This document shows, piece after piece, positions 1 through 10,135 of a DNA stretch of 64,000 nucleotides; positions within the stretch are counted from its first letter, which is position 1; every line of letters begins with the position of its first letter. The translations under genes were made by a program, and so were the position numbers. Source of the stretch: Prevotella sp. UBA7551. Its GTDB lineage: Bacteria; Bacteroidota; Bacteroidia; Bacteroidales; Bacteroidaceae. Location: the NCBI GenBank assembly GCA_002479145.1, contig DLLX01000017.1, positions 18,872 through 82,871 on the forward strand, in the 5' to 3' direction. The notes under the pieces were generated by a model. It was not told the origin of the DNA and searched no databases. It saw only the letters and a program-made list of their open reading frames with translations.

Positions 1-434
1 GCCAACTGTTCTGCCGCATTCTTCCGCATCTCCTCTCTGAGCGTGTCCATCCGCTGTGTCCACTGGCGGTTGTTCTCCTCCCGCAGCTCGTTAGCGTGTC
101 TGCGCTCCTCGCTCATCTGCTCCTGGAGTGCGGCGAGCTGCTTGGCGTGTGCGTCGCGGGTGCTCTCCAGTTCGCGCTGGTGCATCGTTCGCTCGCTCTT
201 GAGCAACGCCTCGTCACGCTCGGTAAGTTGTTGCAGCTGTTGCGAGCAGTCTTCCTTGGCTTGTGCTATCTGCTTTTCCGCCGATGTCCGCGCCTCCTCC
301 AGTTGTCTGCGGAGGCCTTCCGCCTCGCCTTCCAGAACTTGTGTGCGTCCTGCGACCTTCGACTTCAAGAGCAAAAAGCCTATCACTATGCCGATTGCCA
401 TACCGACAACCAGTCCTGTAATCAATTCGGTCAT
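1..434 (-). CDS. rmuC: Partial (N-terminal) coiled-coil membrane-anchored protein, probably DNA recombination protein RmuC
   Basis: ATG at 434 gives MTELITGLVVGMAIGIVIGFLLLKSK (TM helix) then an E/Q/R-rich coiled coil. The frame stays open to the window edge. The RmuC nuclease domain is not visible. Confidence 0.55.
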   Translation of the reverse strand, partial: MTELITGLVVGMAIGIVIGFLLLKSKVAGRTQVLEGEAEGLRRQLEEARTSAEKQIAQAKEDCSQQLQQLTERDEALLKSERTMHQRELESTRDAHAKQLAALQEQMSEERRHANELREENNRQWTQRMDTLREEMRKNAAEQL

Positions 435-600
435 GTTTTTCTTTTTCTTTGTCTGTTTTAGTTTCTATACGGGGATGCCTGCCCATTCTTTCACTCAGGG
501 AGTAAGGGAATGTTGCTTCGCGATGGACAACAACACTTCCCGCAGACACTCTTGTGCTCCTCCATTGCTCCCATCATTGTATTCACGCACAGAGGATGCA

Positions 601-1848
601 CTACTCGTAGTGCATGCTCTTGGCGGGATGGATGTGGGAAACAAGGTAGGACGGGATGACCAACACGGCCACACAGATCAGCAGCGTGCCCAAATTGAGT
701 GCGATGATGATGGGCCAGCTCACCTCCACGGGCACTTTGCTGACATAATAGGTTTGTGCATCGAGCGTCACAAAGCCCGTATAGTGCTGCAAGGCGATGA
801 TACCCAGTCCCACAAGGTTGCCCCACAGCAACCCTTTAGCCAGTACGAAGGTGGCAAACCAGAGGAAAATATGCCTGATTTGACCGTTTTTCGCACCCAA
901 GGCCTTGAGTATGCCAATCATTTGGGTCCGTTCCAGAATGATAATGAGCAGTCCCGACACCATCGTCACGACTGCCACGGCGACCATCAGTCCGAGGATG
1001 AGCCACACGTTGAGGTCCATCAGCTCCAGCCAGGAGAATATCTGCGGGTTCATTTCCGTTACCGTGGCCGACGAGTAGGTCTCGCCATAGTGGTCAGTGG
1101 TGCGGTTGACGCGCTTCACCGCCTCCCGCTCCACATCGTCCAAGTGCTGAAAATCGTTGACGAGCAGCTCTGCCCCGCTGTATTGGTCCTCCTCCCATCC
1201 GTTGAGATGGTTGGCGGTATAGAGGTCGGTGAAGCACATCTGCTGGTCATACTGCTTGAGGTTGGTTTCGTAGATGCCACTAATAGTAAACCGTCGGACG
1301 CGTACGCCCTGGTGATTGATGAAATAAGCGAAGATTTTCTGCCCGCACTTCAGTCGCAGTTGGTCAGCGATGGTCTTCGAAATGAGCAGCTTCTGCCCGC
1401 CCACCGAGTCGGAGAAGTGGGGGATGCTCCCCTCCACCATGTTCTGATGGATGAAGGTCGTGTCATATTCTGGGCCGACACCTTTGAGCGCAACGCCCAG
1501 AAAATCATCGTCGGTCTTGAGGATTCCCTGTGTCATCGCATAGCGCTCGACGTGCCTTACTCCTGGAATTTGCTTTAGAACGGTGGTCATCGAGTCGTTC
1601 ATCTGTATGGGAAACTGCTCCGACGACACCAGACTGGCGATGTTTGCCACGGTGATATGTCCGCCAAAGCCGACGACCTTGTCGCGGATGGTGTGCTTGA
1701 AACCAAGGATAACACCCACGGTAACAATCATCACTGCCAGTCCAATGGCTACTCCTGCCGTAGCTATTCTGATGGCAGGCTTTGCCACTTTCTGGCTTCC
1801 TGCGCCTTTGCCGTAGATGCGGTGTGCGATAAACAGGGGAAAATTCAT
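601..1848 (-). CDS. ABC transporter permease, LolC/E (FtsX/MacB) family
   Basis: IATAGVAIGLAVMIVTVGVILGF TM1, a periplasmic domain, ILERTQMIGILKALGA motif and C-terminal TMs. Confidence 0.88.
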   Translation of the reverse strand: MNFPLFIAHRIYGKGAGSQKVAKPAIRIATAGVAIGLAVMIVTVGVILGFKHTIRDKVVGFGGHITVANIASLVSSEQFPIQMNDSMTTVLKQIPGVRHVERYAMTQGILKTDDDFLGVALKGVGPEYDTTFIHQNMVEGSIPHFSDSVGGQKLLISKTIADQLRLKCGQKIFAYFINHQGVRVRRFTISGIYETNLKQYDQQMCFTDLYTANHLNGWEEDQYSGAELLVNDFQHLDDVEREAVKRVNRTTDHYGETYSSATVTEMNPQIFSWLELMDLNVWLILGLMVAVAVVTMVSGLLIIILERTQMIGILKALGAKNGQIRHIFLWFATFVLAKGLLWGNLVGLGIIALQHYTGFVTLDAQTYYVSKVPVEVSWPIIIALNLGTLLICVAVLVIPSYLVSHIHPAKSMHYE

Positions 1849-1954
1849 TGTCTATTGAGATTTATTCGTGGTGGCGTGTGGTCAGCTTCCGGCTGCAAAT
1901 AGGTCGCCACAGCTTCATGTAAGGAGGGCTGATGCGCCCCCGTGTTTCCTGAAT

Positions 1955-1996
1955 AAAGCAAGAGTTAGGAGTCACATCAAGCGCAACTCCTAACTC
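1955..1996 (-). terminator. Probable intrinsic terminator of the aminotransferase gene
   Basis: Inverted repeat GAGTTAGGAGT (1962-1972) / ACTCCTAACTC (1986-1996) just past the stop. Confidence 0.55.
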
Positions 1997-2014
1997 CCAC
2001 TTATGCTTTTGTAG

Positions 2015-3214
2015 TTATTTCACGTGGCCGGGATATGCCTCCAGTGCCTTTTCGAGCACCACAAGTGCCTTGCGCAGCTCATCGCAATTAAGGACATAGG
2101 CCAGGCGTACCTCGTCGATGCCTGCGCCCTTCGTACTGTAAAATCCGCTCGCTGGGGCCATCATGACCGTCTCTCCCTCGTAGGAGAACTCCTCAAGGAG
2201 CCAGCGGCAGAACTTCTCGGCGCTGTCCACGGGCAACTTGGCCACCGTGTAGAATGCACCCTTCGGCATGGGGGAGAATACGCCTGGAATCTTGTTGAGG
2301 CCGTTGACCAGACAGTTGCGGCGCTCCACATACTCTTTCTGCACACCCTCGATGTAGCTTTCGGGTGCGTCAAGGGAAGCCTCGGCAACGATTTGTCCTA
2401 TCAATGGGGGGGACAGGCGGGCTTGGCAGAACTTCATCACCGCCTTGCGCACCTCGGTATTCTTCGTGATGAGCGCACCGATACGGATGCCACACTCTGA
2501 GTAACGCTTCGATACGGAGTCGACAAGGATGACATTATTCTCGATGCCCTCAAGATGAAGGGCCGACGTGTACGGCTCATCGGTGTAGATATACTCGCGG
2601 TACACCTCATCGGCGAAGAGATAGAGGTCGTGCTTTTTCACAATGTCGCGGATCTGCTCCATCTCCTTGCGGGTATAGACGTAGCCCGTCGGGTTGTTGG
2701 GATTGCAAATCAGGATGGCGCGGGTGTTGGCATTGATGAGCTTTTCAAACTCTTCCACAGCAGGAAGGGCGAACCCATTGTCAATGCTTGTGTGGATAGA
2801 GCGCACCTTTGCACCCACCATTAGGGCGAAAGACATATAGTTGGCATAGGCCGGCTCGGTGATGATGATCTCGTCACCGGGGTTCAATGTGGCCATAAAC
2901 CCGAAGAGCAGTGCCTCAGAACCGCCCGTAGTGACGATGATATCGTCGGGTACGAGGCCGATGTTGTACTTCCCATAGTAGTCGACGAGCTTCTTTCTGT
3001 AGCTTTCAATGCCTTGGCTGGGTGAGTAGGCCAGCACTTTGGTGTCGATTTTCTTCATGGCATCAAGGCCACACTGCGGCGTATGTACGTCAGGTTGGCC
3101 GATGTTCAGGTGATAGACTTTCGTACCGCGTGCCTTGGCTGCATTGGCCAGGGGGGCGAGCTTACGGATTGGCGATTCGGGCACAATGAGGCCGCGTGCT
3201 GATATTTCCGGCAT
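2015..3214 (-). CDS. PLP-dependent class I/II aminotransferase (aspartate aminotransferase-like)
   Basis: LNIGQPD, NPNNPTG, DEVY and SVSKRYSECGIRIG (PLP lysine) motifs. Confidence 0.92.
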   Translation of the reverse strand: MPEISARGLIVPESPIRKLAPLANAAKARGTKVYHLNIGQPDVHTPQCGLDAMKKIDTKVLAYSPSQGIESYRKKLVDYYGKYNIGLVPDDIIVTTGGSEALLFGFMATLNPGDEIIITEPAYANYMSFALMVGAKVRSIHTSIDNGFALPAVEEFEKLINANTRAILICNPNNPTGYVYTRKEMEQIRDIVKKHDLYLFADEVYREYIYTDEPYTSALHLEGIENNVILVDSVSKRYSECGIRIGALITKNTEVRKAVMKFCQARLSPPLIGQIVAEASLDAPESYIEGVQKEYVERRNCLVNGLNKIPGVFSPMPKGAFYTVAKLPVDSAEKFCRWLLEEFSYEGETVMMAPASGFYSTKGAGIDEVRLAYVLNCDELRKALVVLEKALEAYPGHVK

Positions 3215-3474
3215 AATTTCTTTTGGTTATTAGTATTAACCCCCCTTTATGTGGGGAATTGACTTTTAAATGATACTTTTTATCTTGCTACAAAGTTACA
3301 CCAATTCGGGCAAACGGCAAAGGTAAAAACGAAAAACTTTGTACCCATAGGGCATTTGTGGGATTTTCTTGCTACTTTTGCATACCAGAACCTGCCCCCA
3401 TTTTCGGGTGGCAAGGGCATTAAAGGTTGCGCAAAGCGAGCGGCCTTCATACATGATACAACTTTATATAGATA

Positions 3475-3972
3475 ATGAGAAGCAGAACAGCGAATTGGTT
3501 TGAGACCCGTGTCCGCTACGACAAGATGATGGAGGACGGACAAAACAAGAAAGTCACCGAGACTTATGTGGTCGATGCCTACACCTTCGGTGAGGCCGAG
3601 GAGGCCATCCTCAAGGAAATGGGCGTCTATACGAACGGAGAGATTGAGGTCAAAGCCATTTCCCCGGCGTCTTATGGCGAGATCTTTTTCAGCGATGCCG
3701 ACGGCGATGACAAGTGGTACAAGTGCAAGCTGTCGTTCATCACGCTTGATGAGAAGACCGAAAAGGAGAAGCGCACCAGTGTCTATTATTTGGTCCAGGC
3801 GGCCTCGGTCAGCGGCGCAGTGAAGCACGTCGACGAGGTCATGGGGGGCACTATGGTCGACTATGAGATAGCCTCCATCACTGATACCAAGGTGATGGAT
3901 GTCTTCGAACACGACAATAAGTCGAAGGAAGAAGCCAAGGAGGAGGCCAAACCCGAGTATGAACAACAATGA
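3475..3972 (+). CDS. Conserved Bacteroidota protein, DUF4494-like
   Basis: Duplicated WFE/WYK...YLV module. The position upstream of yggS is typical for this family. Confidence 0.8.
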   Translation: MRSRTANWFETRVRYDKMMEDGQNKKVTETYVVDAYTFGEAEEAILKEMGVYTNGEIEVKAISPASYGEIFFSDADGDDKWYKCKLSFITLDEKTEKEKRTSVYYLVQAASVSGAVKHVDEVMGGTMVDYEIASITDTKVMDVFEHDNKSKEEAKEEAKPEYEQQ

Positions 3973-3990
3973 AATATAGAGGTAAGCAAT

Positions 3991-4662
3991 ATGGTTGATG
4001 TAGCTAAAAACTTACGTGAGGTGCTCAGCCATCTGCCCGAAGGGGTGGGGCTCGTGGCCATCAGCAAGTTTCATCCAGAGGAAGACATCCTTGCCGCCTA
4101 TGCCGAGGGGCAGCGTGTCTTTGGCGAAAGCCATGAGCAGGAGCTGCGTCAGAAGGCGGAAGACCTGCCCAAAGACATCAAGTGGCACTTCATCGGACAC
4201 CTTCAGACCAACAAGGTGAAGTACATCGCGCCTTACATTGCGATGATTGAGGCCGTCGACACCCTGAAGCTGCTCCAGGAAATCAACAAGCAGGCAGCCA
4301 AGCATGGGCGGGTAATCGACGTGTTGCTGGAGCTTCACATAGCCATGGAGGAGGCAAAGAGCGGCTTTACCCTCGATGGTTGCCGCGAGATGCTGGCCGA
4401 AGGAGCGTGGCGCGAACTGCATAACGTGCACATTTGTGGCCTGATGATGATGGCCTCCAACGTGCCCGACGAGCAGCAAATACGTCGTGAGATGCTCACG
4501 GCAGCCGACTTTTTCGACGAAATCAAGGCAAAGTATTTTGCTGACGATCCCCGCTTCGCCGTGCGATCTTGGGGCATGAGCCACGACTACACGATTGCCG
4601 TGACGTGCCGAAGTACCTTGGTGCGTGTGGGAACGGCCATCTTCGGGCCACGCGCTTACTAA
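3991..4662 (+). CDS. yggS: YggS family PLP homeostasis protein
   Basis: LVAISKF, FGES, WHFIGHLQTNKVK, SWGMSHDY and VRVGTAIFG motifs. Confidence 0.93.
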   Translation: MVDVAKNLREVLSHLPEGVGLVAISKFHPEEDILAAYAEGQRVFGESHEQELRQKAEDLPKDIKWHFIGHLQTNKVKYIAPYIAMIEAVDTLKLLQEINKQAAKHGRVIDVLLELHIAMEEAKSGFTLDGCREMLAEGAWRELHNVHICGLMMMASNVPDEQQIRREMLTAADFFDEIKAKYFADDPRFAVRSWGMSHDYTIAVTCRSTLVRVGTAIFGPRAY

Positions 4663-4693
4663 TGTAGAATAGGTAAGCAGGACATGAAAGCAG

Positions 4694-5326
4694 TCAGATG
4701 CCCTCTCTCTTGCCTTCTATCTGGGCCAAGTCCACATAGCCGTGCATGACGGCATAGATGGTAAGGGCGGACACACTGCGCACCCCCAGTTTCTCGCTGA
4801 TGTTCTTGCGGTGGGTATTGACGGTGGGCAGACTGATGTGAAGGCGGTCGGCTATTTCCTTGCTCATCAGGCCGCGGACCACCAAAGAGAGCACTTCCAC
4901 CTCTCGGGCGGATAGCGTGGGGCGCACCCCATCGGCTCCTTCGGGCGGAAGGTTGCGCCCGTGGGAGTGTCCTTGCCGCACGAGCTGTAGCACCTCGCAT
5001 ACCAACTTTTCCTCCGTTACACCCACACAAAGGTAGCGGAAGTGCGGCAGTTGGGAATTGGGGTCTGACGAAGGAGTCAGGACGATGGTTTTGCGGCGGC
5101 GTTCCATAAACCAGACTTGGTGAGCCACAGCCACCGATTGGGCCACGAAGTAGTGGTAACAGCGCTCACCGCCCCCGGCCACGAAGTCGGCAAAGGAACG
5201 GTAAACATCCACCGTCATCGCCGGCATCACGCCCTGCAGCAGTTGGCGCAATCCCATTGTGGCCAGCACATTGGGATCGATGATGGCTACATGTGGACTC
5301 CCTGGGCTCGTCTTTGATTTCTCCAT
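4694..5326 (-). CDS. LuxR-family (C-terminal HTH) transcriptional regulator
   Basis: LSAREVEVLSLVVRGLMSKEIADRLHISLPTVNTHRKNISEKLG. Start taken as ATG 5326. Confidence 0.88.
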   Translation of the reverse strand: MEKSKTSPGSPHVAIIDPNVLATMGLRQLLQGVMPAMTVDVYRSFADFVAGGGERCYHYFVAQSVAVAHQVWFMERRRKTIVLTPSSDPNSQLPHFRYLCVGVTEEKLVCEVLQLVRQGHSHGRNLPPEGADGVRPTLSAREVEVLSLVVRGLMSKEIADRLHISLPTVNTHRKNISEKLGVRSVSALTIYAVMHGYVDLAQIEGKREGI

Positions 5327-5488
5327 GGTGTGCAAAATTAGCCATTAATCGGCAGAAGAAAGAAGCTCCACCTCAATTTCTTGTCCATTTGCTCCTTTAA
5401 GTCCTCCTTTTCTTTCATCCAACGCCACCTCAATGCGACGCACGGCGATATGCCAATGTGCTGAGATATTCGGCAAATCAAGAAAACA

Positions 5489-6124
5489 TTGAAAACCAAA
5501 CGCAGTCATATCATCCTCCCAGAGGGCATGGCAGGAGAAGTTTTGCTCCATGCTTGTTGTGCTCCTTGCTCCTCGGCCATTGTGGAATGGCTGATGGCGC
5601 ATGGCATACGCCCCACCATCTTTTATTTCAATCCCAACATCTATCCGCTCCATGAATACGAGATACGCAAGGAGGAGAGCAAGCGTCATGCCGAGTTGCT
5701 CGGTCTCAAGTGGACGGATGGCGACTATGACCATTCCTCTTGGCGACAGGCAGTGCGCGGATGGGAACACGAACCTGAGCGTGGACGACGCTGTCAAGCC
5801 TGCTTCATGTTCCGGATGCTGGCAACCGCACGTGAGGCAAAGCGCACGGGGATCGGTTTTTTTGCCACGACACTGGCCTCGTCGCGCTGGAAAGACCTCC
5901 AACAGGTGAACGCAGCGGGGCTGGCTGCAGCTCAATCCGTCCCGGGCACTACCTTCTGGGCACAGAATTGGCGCAAGGATGGACTCCAGGAACGGCGCAA
6001 TCAGCTGCTCAGGGAGTACGGATTTTACAATCAGCTCTACTGTGGATGCGAGTTCAGCTTGGCCTCTTCCAAAGCCATGGAAAGAGAAAGGAAAGCAAAA
6101 ACAGGCGGTCTCCTCCAACCATAG
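5489..6124 (+). CDS. queH: Epoxyqueuosine reductase QueH
   Basis: LLHACCAPCS, FNPNIYP, RGRRCQACF and YNQLYCGCEFS motifs; TTG start. Confidence 0.88.
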   Translation: MKTKRSHIILPEGMAGEVLLHACCAPCSSAIVEWLMAHGIRPTIFYFNPNIYPLHEYEIRKEESKRHAELLGLKWTDGDYDHSSWRQAVRGWEHEPERGRRCQACFMFRMLATAREAKRTGIGFFATTLASSRWKDLQQVNAAGLAAAQSVPGTTFWAQNWRKDGLQERRNQLLREYGFYNQLYCGCEFSLASSKAMERERKAKTGGLLQP

Positions 6125-6161
6125 GACACACTTCGTGACAGTTAATATTCAAATTGGAATT

Positions 6162-6554
6162 ATGCGGCTTGTGAAATCATTTATCGTTTGGGTTTGCTTC
6201 ATCCCTCTGGCAATACTCAACGGCGGATTGCGTGAATATGTATTGGACAGCTTTATTGGAAAAGAAATGGCCCTGCCCGTGAGTGGAATATTGCTGAGTA
6301 TATTCATCTTTCTGGTGACATGGCTTGTGTTTCCCCGTCTGATAAAAGCCTGTGACATGAAAGACTGCCTCAAAATAGGAGTTTGCTGGGCTTTGTTGAC
6401 CGTAGCCTTCGAGTCGGTTGCAGGCATTGCCGGAGGCAGTTCTGTCATGGAAATGGTTGATGCCTACAATCCATCGACAGGCAATTTGTGGGTGCTTGTG
6501 TTGGCCATGACGATGTTTTCACCTGCTCTATTGAAAGTTTTCAGGCGGATTTAG
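6162..6554 (+). CDS. Small 4-TM hypothetical membrane protein
   Basis: Hydrophobic ORF from ATG 6162 with LAILNGGLRE and YNPSTGNLW segments; locally lower GC. Confidence 0.65.
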   Translation: MRLVKSFIVWVCFIPLAILNGGLREYVLDSFIGKEMALPVSGILLSIFIFLVTWLVFPRLIKACDMKDCLKIGVCWALLTVAFESVAGIAGGSSVMEMVDAYNPSTGNLWVLVLAMTMFSPALLKVFRRI

Positions 6555-6829
6555 GGAATCAAGTCAAATGTCCGGCTCAGCGAATGGACCTGTCTTTGGT
6601 CTTCTGCATAGCCGATTTTCTTTGGCGGAAGCCAATAGTTGCCGCCCTTGTATTAATCCCCAGTCGGTCATTAGAAGTGACAAGGGGTGTAAAGACGGCA
6701 ATCATATTGTCTCTTTGGTCGATTTCGGTCTAATGACCAATTTGGGTTTAAGGGCCGATTGGGGATGGATTGTCTATTCCTTTGTGCTTTTTACAAACAT
6801 TTCCGGGAAGCAAAACTCCCGTTCTCATG

Positions 6830-8251
6830 CTACATCAGCGGGCTGAGCAGTCTCACCAGCGACTCCCAAAGGCGCAGGATGAGGCTTTGGGAGGCTGCGT
6901 CGTGATACTGTTCGTGCGGAATACATTGCGCTTCGTCGTCAAGAAAGACCTGCTTGACGCGTAAAGCCATCTCTCGGTTGTAGAAAAACACATTCGACTC
7001 AAAGTCATGCTCAAAACTGCGGAAGTCGACATTGGTGGAGCCTATGGTCGCCAAATTGTCGTCGCTAACGAGCAATTTGCTGTGGTTGAAGCCCGCATTG
7101 TATAGCAATACCTTCACGCCCGCATCCTTGATTTCCTTGACAAAGGAGCGGCTTGCCCACGCCACGAGGCGTGAGTCGGCCTTGAGCGGCAGCATCAGGC
7201 GCACGTCGACTCCGGAAAGTGCGGCGGTGCGCAGGGCAAAGAGTACGGGTTCGGTGGGCATGAAGTATGGTGTCTCGATATAGACATACTGCCGAGCCCC
7301 GTGAAGAATGGTCACATACCCTTGCTCTATCTTCGGCCAGGGGTCGATGGGGCTGCTGGTAACGACTTGCGCGAGGCAGACCTTGTCGGGCAATGGGAAC
7401 TCGGGATAGTAGCGACGGTCCGTGATGAGCGTGCGGTCCACAAAAAACCAGTCGACCAGGAAGGCGCACTGAAGGGCATAGACGGCATTGCCGTGGATGC
7501 GCACCATTGTGTCGCGCCACGCCTGATGGCCGAAACCCTTCACGTAGCGGAGCGCAATATTCATGCCGCCCACGTAACCCACGCTTCCGTCGAAGACGGC
7601 AATCTTGCGGTGGTTGCGGTAGTTGGCCTTGCTGGTGAACGCCGGAAAACGGACAGGCATGAAGGGATGGACCTCCACTCCTCCCTCGCGCATCCGCTCA
7701 AAGAATCGGGAGGGCACCTTCCAGCAGCCCACATCGTCGTGGATGACGCGCACCTCCACTCCCTCGGAAGCCTTGGCAATGAGGGCGTCGGCAATGAGAT
7801 TGCCCAGCGGGTCGTCCTCAATGATGAAGAAGTCGAGGTGGATGTGGTTGCGTGCGGCGGCGATGTCGCGGAGCAACTGAGGGAAGAATGCGTAGCCGTC
7901 GAGGTAGAGCTGCGCCTCGTTGCGCTGAAACGGCAGTGCGGGGTCTTGGTTGGCGAAGAGTTTTACCAACCGTTGATAGGGAGAGGGAACCTCCAATTTC
8001 CTCTGTTCGGCAAACTCCAGCATAGACCGTTTGGAGAGCTGGTCGAGCCGTTGTTGCGATATGGCGCGCTCCTTGCGCACGTTTTGCCCGAAAAAGAAGT
8101 AGAGGACAATGCCCACCAGTGGAAGGAATATCAGCACAAGCACCCACGCCATCGTCTTGGCCGGCTGCCGGTTGTCGAGCAGAATGGTGACAATCGCCGC
8201 GACAGCGAGCGTCATGTAGAGGATGAAGAAGATCCAGTGCAGATAGTCCAT
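6830..8251 (-). CDS. cls: Cardiolipin synthase
   Basis: Two N-terminal TMs and two HKD motifs (RNHRKIAVFDG, HSKLLVSDD). Start ATG 8251. Confidence 0.93.
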   Translation of the reverse strand: MDYLHWIFFILYMTLAVAAIVTILLDNRQPAKTMAWVLVLIFLPLVGIVLYFFFGQNVRKERAISQQRLDQLSKRSMLEFAEQRKLEVPSPYQRLVKLFANQDPALPFQRNEAQLYLDGYAFFPQLLRDIAAARNHIHLDFFIIEDDPLGNLIADALIAKASEGVEVRVIHDDVGCWKVPSRFFERMREGGVEVHPFMPVRFPAFTSKANYRNHRKIAVFDGSVGYVGGMNIALRYVKGFGHQAWRDTMVRIHGNAVYALQCAFLVDWFFVDRTLITDRRYYPEFPLPDKVCLAQVVTSSPIDPWPKIEQGYVTILHGARQYVYIETPYFMPTEPVLFALRTAALSGVDVRLMLPLKADSRLVAWASRSFVKEIKDAGVKVLLYNAGFNHSKLLVSDDNLATIGSTNVDFRSFEHDFESNVFFYNREMALRVKQVFLDDEAQCIPHEQYHDAASQSLILRLWESLVRLLSPLM

Positions 8252-8267
8252 AGTCTTTTTGATTGGG

Positions 8268-9998
8268 TCAGGTGGTCTTTTGCGGCACATAGACTGCGCC
8301 GTCTCCACCTGATTTCCGTTGGCGAAGGCGGGCTAAAAGGGGGGCGGCAAGGTCGGTCAAGTCTGCAATGCGGAGCATTGATTTCAGCTCCTTCTCAGCC
8401 TCTTCGTCATGTCCTCGATTTGCAAGAACTGTGGCACGGGTGGCCAAAAGAAATCTGACGTTTTCGCGAAAGTCGGGGTAGGATGCAGCGGTATAGTCAT
8501 CCACATCCTTCCCAGTCTGCTCTTTGACTTGCTCCCGAATATCCTTCATAAGCGAATTGATGTAGCCCAGCGTGCGTGGATCGTTGCCATAGGCCAGATT
8601 ATTGATCATTTCCAACAGGTAGGCATTGTCATCGGACAAGTTGAGCAGCGACAAATAATAATAGCCGAGGCCGTATTGGCCTATTGCGTCGCAGCAATAG
8701 CCCAGCATGAAGCACACCTGTTGGAATTGGCTGTGATCTGTGGCTGTCATTTCGTTTGCATAACCAGCCCAGAGGGTGAAGGCCCTGCGCAGCCATCGCA
8801 GCGCCTCGAAGTATCGTTTGCTCAGGAATAGTTGTGTGCCATGGTACAGGCTGCTGGCCAATGACACGCTGGTCACCCGTGCGACAATGCGTTGTTCCTC
8901 GGTCAACTCATCCGATTGGCCGTTCTTCAGCTTGTCTTTTGCGTCTTGCCACATAAACAAGAACTCATCCTTGAGGCTCTTCTCCGACTTCAGGTCATGC
9001 GCCATCAGCAGGGAACAAGCCGACCTGCACCCTCCAAAGTCCTCGCCCGGCTGGTCGAGTGTGGTCAGAAGGGGCACCAAGGCTGCCGTCGCCTGAAAGT
9101 AGAGCGCGTCCTTCGATGCGTCAGCGGCCACCAATGTGATGGTGAGATAGCGCCGCTCGTCGGGCGACTCGCGCAGGAAGAAGACGAGGTTGAGTGTGGC
9201 GTACCGGCGGATAAATTTGCCGTCGGCTATCAGTGCGGACGATAGCGTATAGTCGTTCATCTCCGACCGGCGCGCATTATCCGCTCCCGCATCGATGGAA
9301 AGGGCGATTCCGTCGCCCGAGACGTCCATCCTCGACGGGACAATATCGTGAAACCCCATGGCCTCCGAAACGAAATCGGCTACCGTAATGCGCGCATCAG
9401 GCTCCTCCCGTGTACATTTTGGCAAATCTTCCGCCCATATCGCATGCTCAAGCACCATCAGCTGCACCCGGTTTCGCTTGGCTATGCCCTCTTCTGATGC
9501 GTCATCACCGAAATCTTTCCGGGCTTTCTCTGCCGAGTCCATCCACTGGTAAAACGTGAGTCGCCAGCGGAAAATATTAGTCATTCGGTCCACAAGAATG
9601 GCTTGGGCGTGGGAAGCATCGAGAAAAATGTTCTCAAGGAAATAGAGGTGGACATGTTCTTGGTCTTCATCGATGTCGTAGAAAACGCGCGGCCCTTCGG
9701 AATTGATATTTACTTGGTTGCAGACTTCCCTTACGGAATCGATCGTTTTTATGTCCGTATCGAAGAAATTGGGAAAAAGAACACATACCATAGGACTCGA
9801 AGGTGGGACAATTATGGAAAAACAGCCACCCTGAAACTCAAACCTGGCAACCTTATCTTTGTTGGCTTCACCTTCCCACTTCACCTCACAACCCATTCTG
9901 CGCAGTGTGCTGTCGAGCACCTTGCAGTTGGTCTTCTGGTTGGGCATCGCCACTTCTTCGGAAGATTTTAGCAGGTTTCTTAACTTGTCTTTCAACAT
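8268..9998 (-). CDS. Hypothetical protein with a YbjN-like N-terminus and TPR-like helical C-terminus
   Basis: Long ORF between dnaG and cls on the same strand; TPR-like pattern YHGTQLFLSKRYFEALRWLRRA. Domain calls are by eye. Confidence 0.6.
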   Translation of the reverse strand: MLKDKLRNLLKSSEEVAMPNQKTNCKVLDSTLRRMGCEVKWEGEANKDKVARFEFQGGCFSIIVPPSSPMVCVLFPNFFDTDIKTIDSVREVCNQVNINSEGPRVFYDIDEDQEHVHLYFLENIFLDASHAQAILVDRMTNIFRWRLTFYQWMDSAEKARKDFGDDASEEGIAKRNRVQLMVLEHAIWAEDLPKCTREEPDARITVADFVSEAMGFHDIVPSRMDVSGDGIALSIDAGADNARRSEMNDYTLSSALIADGKFIRRYATLNLVFFLRESPDERRYLTITLVAADASKDALYFQATAALVPLLTTLDQPGEDFGGCRSACSLLMAHDLKSEKSLKDEFLFMWQDAKDKLKNGQSDELTEEQRIVARVTSVSLASSLYHGTQLFLSKRYFEALRWLRRAFTLWAGYANEMTATDHSQFQQVCFMLGYCCDAIGQYGLGYYYLSLLNLSDDNAYLLEMINNLAYGNDPRTLGYINSLMKDIREQVKEQTGKDVDDYTAASYPDFRENVRFLLATRATVLANRGHDEEAEKELKSMLRIADLTDLAAPLLARLRQRKSGGDGAVYVPQKTT

Positions 9999-10135
9999 TT
10001 TCTTTTTTTCATTTGGGTCAGTTCGGCAAATTTTAGGTGTGAATTTGTCCACGTTGGTTTTGCGTGGGGTGTGAAGGATGGGCGGGTATGTCGTTTCCTC
10101 TTTGGCTGTGGTTACATAGCGACGACAGAATAGGG

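Noticed and set aside
43..1578. 511-aa plus-strand ORF
   Set aside because: Antisense shadow of the permease and RmuC-like genes, with no motifs.
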